64,000 bases of DNA from Ignavibacteriales bacterium. Lineage in GTDB: Bacteria > Bacteroidota > Ignavibacteria > UBA10030. The notes under the pieces are model-generated. The model did no database searches and was not told where the DNA came from. It saw only the letters and a program-made list of their open reading frames with translations. The translations under genes and the position numbers were made by a program. The stretch is from assembly GCA_016192345.1 (NCBI GenBank), contig JACPUH010000012.1, forward strand, positions 5,342-69,341. Reading direction: 5' to 3'. Shown here piece by piece: positions 19,898 to 27,568 of the stretch (the stretch's first letter is position 1; each line of letters begins with the position of its first letter).

Positions 19898-20149
19898 TCA
19901 GAACTGCCTTTTACTTTGTTCCAGGGTCGGATCGACCGGCTCCCTCGCCTTCCAGTAACTTCCCTCGCCGCCAAGGCGACGATCCAGGTGGTCCTTTCCC
20001 AGCAGGCGTAGCACGAGAGCCACCGGAGCCAGCAGGAGAACATAGACGAGCGTCAGGATGATACGCGTATTGACATAGGCAAGTGCCCTGGCGAATTGCA
20101 TCCACCAACGATAGAGGGTGGAACCGAGTTTTTGAAGTCCCTGCTTCAT
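19898..20149 (-). CDS. small membrane protein, SxtJ-like carbamoyltransferase-associated partner
   Basis: 83-aa product from ATG at 20149 (MKQGLQKLGSTLYRWWMQFARALAYVNTRIILTLVYVLLLAPVALVLRLLGKDHLDRRL...). Ends 3 nt before the carbamoyltransferase start. The N-terminal 112 aa of the track ORF is low-complexity and unlikely coding. Confidence 0.45.
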   Translation of the reverse strand: MKQGLQKLGSTLYRWWMQFARALAYVNTRIILTLVYVLLLAPVALVLRLLGKDHLDRRLGGEGSYWKAREPVDPTLEQSKRQF

Positions 20150-20339
20150 GGTGATCCGGTCATCCGAGCGACGATGAAAAAAATACTGCGGCAACAACCC
20201 CGCTCCCTTCAGTGCACTCCTTTGCTCTTCGGGAGAAAGAGGGGTTCGTGCCGACAATTTGATTTTCAGACAAATACTTGATATTGTTCCGGCGTCATCG
20301 ATCCTGCCTTCACCATCACTCTTCGAAAGCTCACCCTGC

Positions 20340-22343
20340 GTGCGGCGTTCACGTTCATCACAACCACCCCCTTCTTCTCCCCCCACCTCCTCCCGGCGAA
20401 CCCTCTTTTCCCTTGCAACCCTCGCAATACCGATTCTCTTCTTTGTGCTCCTCGAAGGTTCTTTGCGCCTGCTTGAATACGGCACCGATCTTTCTCTCTT
20501 CGTCGAGGAAGAGATCGATGGAACATCCTACTGGATCATGAACCCCGATCTGAAGTCACGCTACTTTGCGCGCACCGGCTTCAGTCCGAACATGTCGACC
20601 GATTACTTCCGCATCCCCAAACCGGCCGGAACGTTCCGGATCATCTGCCTGGGCGGATCAACGACCATCGGATTCCCCTACGGCCAGAGCGGTTCGTTTG
20701 CGGCGTTCCTGCGGGAGCGTCTCCGGGCCGTCTTCCCCGGACGGACTATCGAGGTTATCAACCTCGGCATGACCGCCACCAACAGTTTTACGGTCAACGA
20801 CCTTGTCCGAGATCTTGAAGCGATCGAGCCGGACCTCCTCATGGTCTATGACGGGCACAACGAGTTCTACGGCGCCCTGGGAGTGGCTTCGAGCGAATCG
20901 CTCGGATCGCGTGGACTGACGAAAGCCTATCTCCGCCTGATCCACCTCAAGACATTTCAACTTCTTCGCAATCTTCTTGCCGATGTGTTCCGGGGCGAAG
21001 AGCATCGTCAGCCGGCGGGGACGATGATGGAACGCCTGGCCCGGGGCTCGGCTATCCCCTTTCGGGGCGACCTCTATAACCGGGCACTCGGCTACTTTCG
21101 GGAAAATCTTGAAGAGCTCCGGGAGACAGCCCTGAAGCAAAACATCCCTTTGATCGTTTCTACTCAGGTTTCCAATCTGCGCGATCAGCAGCCATTTCTC
21201 TCCGGGGGAAATCCCGACCTCGCCCCCGGTCCACGGGAAAGTGTTGAACGATCCCTTACCGCCGCCGCAGTCCTGGAAGGATCCGGCAAACGCCGTGAGG
21301 CGGTTCGACAGTATGAAGAAGCAATCAAGGTCGACTCGATGCAGGCCCGGGCGCATTATCGCCTCGCCCGGAACCTCGATACGCTCGGGGAACGGTCAAG
21401 AGCCCGGACGCATTACCAACGTGCGCGGGACCTGGATGAACTCCGGTTCCGGACGAGCAGCGACTTCAACGACGCTATCAGAGCGCTGGAGGTTCCCGGC
21501 CGGGTGATCCTGGCGGATCTTGAGGGGACGTTCGCCGCCCATTCCCCCGATTCCATCACCGGGTCCAACCTGATCCTCGAGCATCTCCATCCCAACCTCT
21601 CCGGAAGCTTTTTGATGGCCCGGGAAATCGCCTCTCTCATGCGCCGCTCTCAACTCCTGGGGACATCGGGGGAATGGCTCGCCGCGGATACCATCAGCGA
21701 TGCAACTCATTGGAGCAGACGCCTGACAACCCCCGTCGACGAACTGGCGGCCCGAAAGAGAATTGCCCTTCTCACCTCGGGATTTCCCTTCGGGCCTGCC
21801 GAAGCTCAGGCGTACACCCCTCCTGCCGACCCGCGCCTCGCCCTCATTGTGGACGAGCTTGTGGGAGGGCGCTCCACGTGGGAAGAAAGCCACGTCCGGG
21901 CGGCAGAGTACTTCGATTCCCTCAACGACCTTGAGAATGCCGCAACGGAGTACCGTGCCCTGGTGTATCAACTCCGCTACAATACCTCCTCATACTATCG
22001 GCTGGCCATAGTCTACGCCAGGGGGAAAAAGATCCGGGAGGCACGCGAGATTCTTTTCGAATCACTTCTCATCGACTCCACGTCGCTGGCGTTCCAGCTC
22101 CTCGGTCGGATAGCGCTGGAACACGAGGGGGCGGAGGCGGGGATTCCGTTTCTTGAAAAGGCATTCTCCCTCAGCAGTACCGTTGACGACCGCGCGGAGT
22201 GCGGGTACTTCCTGGCCCTTGCCTATGTTCAGGCCGGCAGGGCCGAACAAGCGGTCGAGCCGCTCGACCATGTTCTTCGCGTCAAGCCGGATTTTCCCGC
22301 CGCCAGGTCGCTCCGGGACCGAATCGGAAAGAGAGCACCATGA
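20340..22343 (+). CDS. membrane-anchored SGNH/GDSL-like hydrolase domain protein with C-terminal TPR repeats (paralog A)
   Basis: N-terminal TM helix, IICLGGSTT and DGHNEFYG blocks, C-terminal TPR-like repeats. Start inferred as GTG at 20340 by alignment with paralog B (VRRSRSSQPPP vs MSRSASPPPP). The track ORF has no ATG before the conserved region. Confidence 0.6.
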   Translation: MRRSRSSQPPPSSPPTSSRRTLFSLATLAIPILFFVLLEGSLRLLEYGTDLSLFVEEEIDGTSYWIMNPDLKSRYFARTGFSPNMSTDYFRIPKPAGTFRIICLGGSTTIGFPYGQSGSFAAFLRERLRAVFPGRTIEVINLGMTATNSFTVNDLVRDLEAIEPDLLMVYDGHNEFYGALGVASSESLGSRGLTKAYLRLIHLKTFQLLRNLLADVFRGEEHRQPAGTMMERLARGSAIPFRGDLYNRALGYFRENLEELRETALKQNIPLIVSTQVSNLRDQQPFLSGGNPDLAPGPRESVERSLTAAAVLEGSGKRREAVRQYEEAIKVDSMQARAHYRLARNLDTLGERSRARTHYQRARDLDELRFRTSSDFNDAIRALEVPGRVILADLEGTFAAHSPDSITGSNLILEHLHPNLSGSFLMAREIASLMRRSQLLGTSGEWLAADTISDATHWSRRLTTPVDELAARKRIALLTSGFPFGPAEAQAYTPPADPRLALIVDELVGGRSTWEESHVRAAEYFDSLNDLENAATEYRALVYQLRYNTSSYYRLAIVYARGKKIREAREILFESLLIDSTSLAFQLLGRIALEHEGAEAGIPFLEKAFSLSSTVDDRAECGYFLALAYVQAGRAEQAVEPLDHVLRVKPDFPAARSLRDRIGKRAP

Positions 22344-24370
22344 GCCGTTCTGCGAGTCCTCCGCCCCCGACCTTCGGATCCGTGACGAAAGAGAGAATTT
22401 TCCGCGGCGTTCTCCTTCTCATTCCGTTTCTCTTCCTCGCCCTCCTGGAGATGGGCCTGCGCCTTCTGGAGTATGGGGGAAACCTCGACCTCGTCGTGAC
22501 GCGCCGTGTGGGAAACCGCGACGTCTATTCCATCAACCGCAGTGCTGCCGCCCGCTACTTTTCCACCGCGGGGACTGTCATTCCCGAGCCCGCGGACGAC
22601 GTGTTTGAAATGGTGAAATCCGATTCGACGATCCGCATCTTCTGTCTTGGCGAATCGACGATGGCCGGCTTTCCCTATGATTTCAACGCAACGGCCCCCG
22701 GTTTTCTTCGCGACCGGCTCCAGATGCGGTATCCCGACAGGAAGATCGAGATCATCAACCTCGGACTCTCCGCTTCCAGCAGTTATATCGTTCTCGATTT
22801 CGTCGAAGAACTCCTCGCCTATCAACCGGATCTCTTCATCATCTATCTCGGTCACAACGAGTTCTATGGCGTGTATGGCGCCGGCTCTTCGGTCCGGATT
22901 CCGGGCGGACACCATTTGACCCGGTTCACCATCGAACTTCTGAACTTCAAGACCTATCTCCTGTTGCGGGACGGCATTGCATGGGTCCGCCAGTCCATCG
23001 CCAGCCCCTCTTTACGGCCGGGGGCAACCCTGATGGAGCAGATGGTCAGGGAACAACATATTCCGTATGGGAGCCCGCTCTATGGCGCCGCACTGGATGC
23101 GTATCGCGACAACCTTTTCCGCATCATTGGGGCGGCAAAAACAGCACGGGTGCCGGTCATGTTCAGCGACCTCGTCAGCAACGAAAAGGACCACCCGCCG
23201 TTTCGGCCGGTCTTTAACGAAACCACGGTCGAGGCCGTTCGGGACGAATGGAGGGGCCTCTTCAGCAAAGCAGAGAGTCTTGCCTCACAACGGCGGTTTG
23301 CCGAAGCCCTTGAGACCTACCGACGATGCATGCAACTGGACTCTCTGAATGCATCGGCAGTGTATGCGACCGGCTTGCTGGAATACGACCGCGGCTGGTA
23401 CGACGAGGCGAGGACCCTGCTGCAACGCGCAAAGGACCTCGATGCACTCCGGTTCCGGGCCTCCGAAGACTTCAAAGCCGCCTTGCGTGCCGTCTGCAAA
23501 GAGACGGGCACCGTTCTTGCTGAAACCGACTCTGCATTTCGCGCCTCTTCACCCCACGGCATCATCGGGAAGAACCTGATGCTCGAACACCTGCATCCGA
23601 ACCTGGACGGCTATATTCTGATGGCGGACGTCTTTGCCCGGACCATCCTGGAACGAAAAATCCTTCCAGTGGAGGATACTGCACCTCCCGCAACTCCGGG
23701 GGACAGCTCCGAACTGTATCGCCGGTCGGGCGCCACCATCTTCGACGAGACCGTCGGAAGAATCCGTGTCGAGATACTGACACGGCAGTGGCCCTTCCAG
23801 TCACGCGAAACGCCCTTTCTGTTCGAGCCTTCGAATCCCCTTGAACGGATCGTCTACCGGTATATCGATGGAACTCTCTTCTGGTCGACGGCCCGCTACG
23901 AGCTCGCCGACTATTTCGCGGCTTCCAGGGACTTCGAACGGGCGCGGCTCGAATGCCTCGCCGTCGCAAAGGTCATTCCCTATTCCTATCAACCGCTGCT
24001 GCGCGTCGCCGACTATTACCGCATGGAAGGAATCATCCCTGCTGCCGCGGCCGCATACCGACGGTGCATCGCCGTGGAGGACAATCCCTTTGCCCGCTTT
24101 AAGCTTGCCATCCTCCTGCTCGAAGGAGAGCAGGCCCGTGAGGCGATCACACACCTCGGCGAGGGACTCAAACTCTCCTCCAGGCCCGGAATGAACATCA
24201 GTCCCGAGGCCGTGGTCACCAGTCACTACTTGTTGGGGGTCGCGTACGCCAAACTCGGCCAGTGGGCCCTCGCGAGCAAGGAACTCGAGCAGGTGCTCTC
24301 GCTCGATCCCCATCACGCGGACGCCCGAAGCCTTCTTCAACAAATCGCGCATTCCCCCGTCATCCGCTGA
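22340..24370 (+). CDS. membrane-anchored SGNH/GDSL-like hydrolase domain protein with C-terminal TPR repeats (paralog B)
   Basis: Paralog of the upstream gene (IFCLGESTMAGFPY, LGHNEFYG, TPR C-terminus). ATG at 22340 overlaps the paralog A stop (ATGA), so likely translationally coupled. The track extension from 22199 is rejected. Confidence 0.65.
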   Translation: MSRSASPPPPTFGSVTKERIFRGVLLLIPFLFLALLEMGLRLLEYGGNLDLVVTRRVGNRDVYSINRSAAARYFSTAGTVIPEPADDVFEMVKSDSTIRIFCLGESTMAGFPYDFNATAPGFLRDRLQMRYPDRKIEIINLGLSASSSYIVLDFVEELLAYQPDLFIIYLGHNEFYGVYGAGSSVRIPGGHHLTRFTIELLNFKTYLLLRDGIAWVRQSIASPSLRPGATLMEQMVREQHIPYGSPLYGAALDAYRDNLFRIIGAAKTARVPVMFSDLVSNEKDHPPFRPVFNETTVEAVRDEWRGLFSKAESLASQRRFAEALETYRRCMQLDSLNASAVYATGLLEYDRGWYDEARTLLQRAKDLDALRFRASEDFKAALRAVCKETGTVLAETDSAFRASSPHGIIGKNLMLEHLHPNLDGYILMADVFARTILERKILPVEDTAPPATPGDSSELYRRSGATIFDETVGRIRVEILTRQWPFQSRETPFLFEPSNPLERIVYRYIDGTLFWSTARYELADYFAASRDFERARLECLAVAKVIPYSYQPLLRVADYYRMEGIIPAAAAAYRRCIAVEDNPFARFKLAILLLEGEQAREAITHLGEGLKLSSRPGMNISPEAVVTSHYLLGVAYAKLGQWALASKELEQVLSLDPHHADARSLLQQIAHSPVIR

Positions 24371-24412
24371 GAAGGAAAAGAGGAAAACCAACCGGGCCTT
24401 TCCCCTTTTCCC

Positions 24413-24446
24413 GAGGCCGTCCAAAAGGTACCCTTTGGACGGCCTC
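24413..24446. terminator. perfect 13-bp inverted repeat hairpin between convergent genes (candidate bidirectional terminator)
   Basis: GAGGCCGTCCAAA-aggtaccc-TTTGGACGGCCTC, lying between the end of the + strand SGNH/TPR gene and the end of the - strand T9SS CBM protein gene. No clear U-tract. Confidence 0.45.
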
Positions 24447-24475
24447 TCTCAACGTATTATACGTTCGACTGCATC

Positions 24476-26365
24476 TTACTTCAACAGCACCATCCGTTTC
24501 ACTTCCCGGAAGAGTCCGGCCCGCAGCTCGTAGAAATACACACCCGTCGGCAGCGACGAGGCCTCGAACAGCGTCACGTGATTCCCCGCCGGCTGAATCT
24601 CATTGACCAGGTCGGCCACAACTTGCCCGAGCAGGTTGAAGACCCGGAGTCGGACCTGTTCCTGCTGTGGCAACGAGTATTTGACATGGGTCGATGGGTT
24701 GAACGGATTGGGGTAGTTCTGGAAGAGGGTGAAGACCCCCGGAGTTCCCACGGCGATGTCATCGTCAATGCCCGTCAGACCGTCAAAACTTTCGACGGGC
24801 ATCGGGGCATTCTTCTGCCACACATCGATCGGCAGCGTGTACGTCCGTGGAAATGTCTGCGATGAAAGCGGACGTATGAACCGCGAACGGTAGGGAGCCT
24901 GAACGCCCAGTCCTCCGCCTTCGGAGACCGAACCGGTCCCCGTCCCGCCATGCACATAGGTCATGGTGTACTGCAGGTTGTAGTGGGCGGGCCCGCGGAT
25001 ATTCATTCTTCCTGAATAAATGGAATCGCCGGCCACTGCATCGGGGGCGAGCCCGTCATCCTTGAGAACGAGATCCGGTGGATTGCCCTGGAAGGACTTC
25101 TGGAGGGCATCCTGCCAGGTGATTTTCGCCGTATCGACACCGCGAACGAAGGGATCGATGTAGGCCATGGCCGGCCGCATATCGTACCGGAAAACCACGG
25201 TCACCGTATCCCCCGTCTTGATCGTCCCGGCCAACGGAATGCTGCTGAACCGAAACGCGGGGGTCTGCAGATTCCCTCCGGCCCCGAGGTTGAACTTCCT
25301 GTTGCCATCGCCGCTTTCCGACGGATGGTCGTAGGCAAATCCATCTCTCGTGCTGGTGGACCCGCTGTGGATGTACCCCGGGAACCTCGCTGTGGCTCCC
25401 GCGGAATCGAAATCGATGAAGAACTTGAAATCGAGATTGTCGAACGTTCCGCCGGTATAGGGGATCGCAACCTCGTACGTCTCCGTTCCCGGGACGCGTA
25501 TCATCTTCGTCCCCCCCCAGCTGTTGAACGCTCCGCGCACCTCTATGGAGTCGCCGTTCGATCTCTGGAACCATCCCATGGTGGCGAAGGTCGACATATC
25601 CACGCGCCACAGGATCGATCCGCTAGTGGGCGTATTGACAACCTCATCGGCGTCAAAATAGGTGAGGTTCACCGAGCCGCCCCCTGTCGGAACCGTATAC
25701 GTCTTGTTATCGCCCCCCTCCCAATCCGATCCGCCCCGCGGGGTCTTCAGATACTTATACTGGATCTGCGTTCCTTCCAGCATCGTGACCGATTTGGAAT
25801 AGATGCTGTCGGTGGCCCCTTTCTTGAGGGTATCGGTTGAGTTCCCCCAATCGTTGAAGCTCCCTGCCACGCGGACGATATCCCCGCTTCCCGGCAGGAA
25901 ACTTTCCTCGAGCATTTTCACGCGCATATTCACGCGGAAGGTGACCGCAACATTAGCCGCGGGCGTAAACACCGAGTCGTTGTCAAACCAGACGACCGGA
26001 AGCGTTTGGGCTCCCGCAACGACCGTGTACGTCTTGTTGTCCCCGCCTTCCCAGTCGAGACCGCCTCGCAGGGTTTTTAGAAACTTATATTGAATGCTTC
26101 CGGCAGCCAGGGAGACGGTTTTTGTGTAAATGCTGTCGCCCGGGCCGGAGGATTTCAACGTATCCGTTGAGTTCCCCCAGTCATTGAAGCTCCCTGCCAC
26201 CCGGACAATATCTCCGGCGCCGGGATTAAATGTCCCCTCGCGCATCTTGATGCTCATATTGACGCGAACTGTCACACTGTTCTGCGCTTCGACGACGGCG
26301 TCAAAAGCGATCGGAACAATGAAGATGGCGAAGGCGAGACAAGAGTAGAGTATGTTCCTACGCAT
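24476..26365 (-). CDS. T9SS-secreted surface protein with tandem CBM20/CBM48-like starch-binding modules (non-catalytic, SusE/F-like role inferred)
   Basis: Signal peptide. Two near-identical ~109-aa modules (VRVAGSFNDWGNSTDTLK...IQYKFLKT / IQYKYLKT) plus a third degenerate module (VRGAFNSWGG). No catalytic motifs. C-terminal T9SS CTD NYPNPFNPSTHVKYSLP...GVYFYELRAG. Confidence 0.7.
   Translation of the reverse strand: MRRNILYSCLAFAIFIVPIAFDAVVEAQNSVTVRVNMSIKMREGTFNPGAGDIVRVAGSFNDWGNSTDTLKSSGPGDSIYTKTVSLAAGSIQYKFLKTLRGGLDWEGGDNKTYTVVAGAQTLPVVWFDNDSVFTPAANVAVTFRVNMRVKMLEESFLPGSGDIVRVAGSFNDWGNSTDTLKKGATDSIYSKSVTMLEGTQIQYKYLKTPRGGSDWEGGDNKTYTVPTGGGSVNLTYFDADEVVNTPTSGSILWRVDMSTFATMGWFQRSNGDSIEVRGAFNSWGGTKMIRVPGTETYEVAIPYTGGTFDNLDFKFFIDFDSAGATARFPGYIHSGSTSTRDGFAYDHPSESGDGNRKFNLGAGGNLQTPAFRFSSIPLAGTIKTGDTVTVVFRYDMRPAMAYIDPFVRGVDTAKITWQDALQKSFQGNPPDLVLKDDGLAPDAVAGDSIYSGRMNIRGPAHYNLQYTMTYVHGGTGTGSVSEGGGLGVQAPYRSRFIRPLSSQTFPRTYTLPIDVWQKNAPMPVESFDGLTGIDDDIAVGTPGVFTLFQNYPNPFNPSTHVKYSLPQQEQVRLRVFNLLGQVVADLVNEIQPAGNHVTLFEASSLPTGVYFYELRAGLFREVKRMVLLK
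25620..26270. repeat. intragenic tandem duplication (2 x ~327 bp) encoding the two near-identical CBM-like modules
   Basis: The repeated peptide VRVAGSFNDWGNSTDTLK recurs 109 residues apart. Antisense ORFs at 25803 and 26130 share VEFPQSLKLPATRTISP, confirming near-identity at nucleotide level. Unit boundaries approximate. Confidence 0.6.
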
Positions 26366-26464
26366 TGCCTCCTCCTTTATTGAAATGGATTGAAGTGTGA
26401 ATTAGGCACAATCAAATGGAACAAAGTCGTTTTCCGCACCCTCCTTTCATGGACAAGATGATGG

Positions 26465-27568
26465 TTAAAAGTGAACACTGATGGTAACCGTGTGAGCGTT
26501 TTGCAGTCTTCCAAAATCCTCGTACGCGTAATCGATCCGTGTCGCCACACCCGTGGAGATTTCGTACCGAAGTCCCCCACCGACGGTAAAGCGTTCTTCG
26601 CTCTCCGCAACGCCCAGCGCCTTGTAGCCGCCCCGCAGGGAAACCATCCGTTGCAGGAGAGAATACTCGAATCCGACATTGACGCTCTCGGAGTTGTCGT
26701 TCGGGTGGGCGGCATCCAGGGCGATGATAAGGCGCTGGTCGTCGTTCGCCACCGGCTCGTAGGAAAATCCGATGCGGAGGTTCAGGGGAAGATCGAAACG
26801 ATCCGTCGTCAGGTTGGCGTTGATGTTCGGATTGTTCCCCTTGTTCGGGGAGATATCTTTCTGCACCAGGAGGTCGTCTCCCGTGATCTGCATCTTCTGA
26901 CCGAAATTCGAGACGCCGGCGCCGAAGGTCACGCCGGGGAACGGCGTGGTAAAGAGCGTGCCGATGTCGATGGCAAAGCCGGAGGCGCTCGAGTTCCAGA
27001 TCGTCTCCTGCACGTATTTTGCATTCACGCCGATGGAAAACCAGTCCGTCAGATTCCTCGCGTACGAAACACCGAAGGCAAAGCTCCCGGCTGTAAAGAA
27101 ATCCCCGGTCCCGTCGGGCTGGTCCTCGGTTGTCCGCTCCATCTCGCCGTAGGAGAGCATCGTCAGATTGAAACCCAAAACCCCCAGTCCTTCAAACGGG
27201 AGAACGATCCCGGCATAATTAAAGTCGATATCGGCGACCCAGTCTGCATGATACACCATCGCCTCGCGCGCGGTGAGACGGGCCATGCCCCCAGGGTTCC
27301 AGTACATCGACGACGCGTCGTCGGAGAGGGAGACAAAGGCTCCCCCCATGCCGAGCGCGCGGGCCCCGACCGGAATGCTCAGGAACTTTGCAGCCGTGGT
27401 TCCAATCTTCGTCACCGGTTGTCCCGTCATGGTGACGGGGAGTGCGGAAGCGAGCAGGATCAATCCGCTCCAAAGTATCAGTATGCGTTTCACGAACGAT
27501 CTCCTTTTATTCCCGGCAGAGGCTGCATGCAGAGCCCCGGACCGGTACGTCCCGTTCCAGGCCGTCAT
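26465..27568 (-). CDS. T9SS-associated FadL-like outer-membrane beta-barrel, PorV/PorQ-like (or PorP/SprF-like)
   Basis: Signal peptide. N-terminal FLSIPVGARALGMGGAFVSLSDDASSMYWNPGGMA (NPA-type hatch motif). Alternating beta-strand pattern to a C-terminal aromatic residue. 4-nt overlap with the upstream T9SS cargo gene. Alternative GTG start at 27493. Confidence 0.5.
   Translation of the reverse strand: MTAWNGTYRSGALHAASAGNKRRSFVKRILILWSGLILLASALPVTMTGQPVTKIGTTAAKFLSIPVGARALGMGGAFVSLSDDASSMYWNPGGMARLTAREAMVYHADWVADIDFNYAGIVLPFEGLGVLGFNLTMLSYGEMERTTEDQPDGTGDFFTAGSFAFGVSYARNLTDWFSIGVNAKYVQETIWNSSASGFAIDIGTLFTTPFPGVTFGAGVSNFGQKMQITGDDLLVQKDISPNKGNNPNINANLTTDRFDLPLNLRIGFSYEPVANDDQRLIIALDAAHPNDNSESVNVGFEYSLLQRMVSLRGGYKALGVAESEERFTVGGGLRYEISTGVATRIDYAYEDFGRLQNAHTVTISVHF

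Noticed and set aside
20259-20339. TTG start at 20259 for SGNH/TPR paralog A, as given in the ORF track
   Set aside because: The track evidently accepts non-ATG starts and translates them as M. Alignment with paralog B supports the GTG at 20340. Several other track starts (405, 2593, 11019, 12471, 17655, 43716, 49097, 53198, 56641, 60937, 61650) were moved to the first plausible ATG or GTG for the same reason.
22199-22339. 47-codon N-terminal extension of SGNH/TPR paralog B in the ORF track
   Set aside because: The extension is Arg/Pro-rich and overlaps paralog A. The ATG at 22340 forms an ATGA overlap with the paralog A stop, and the N-terminus then aligns with paralog A.
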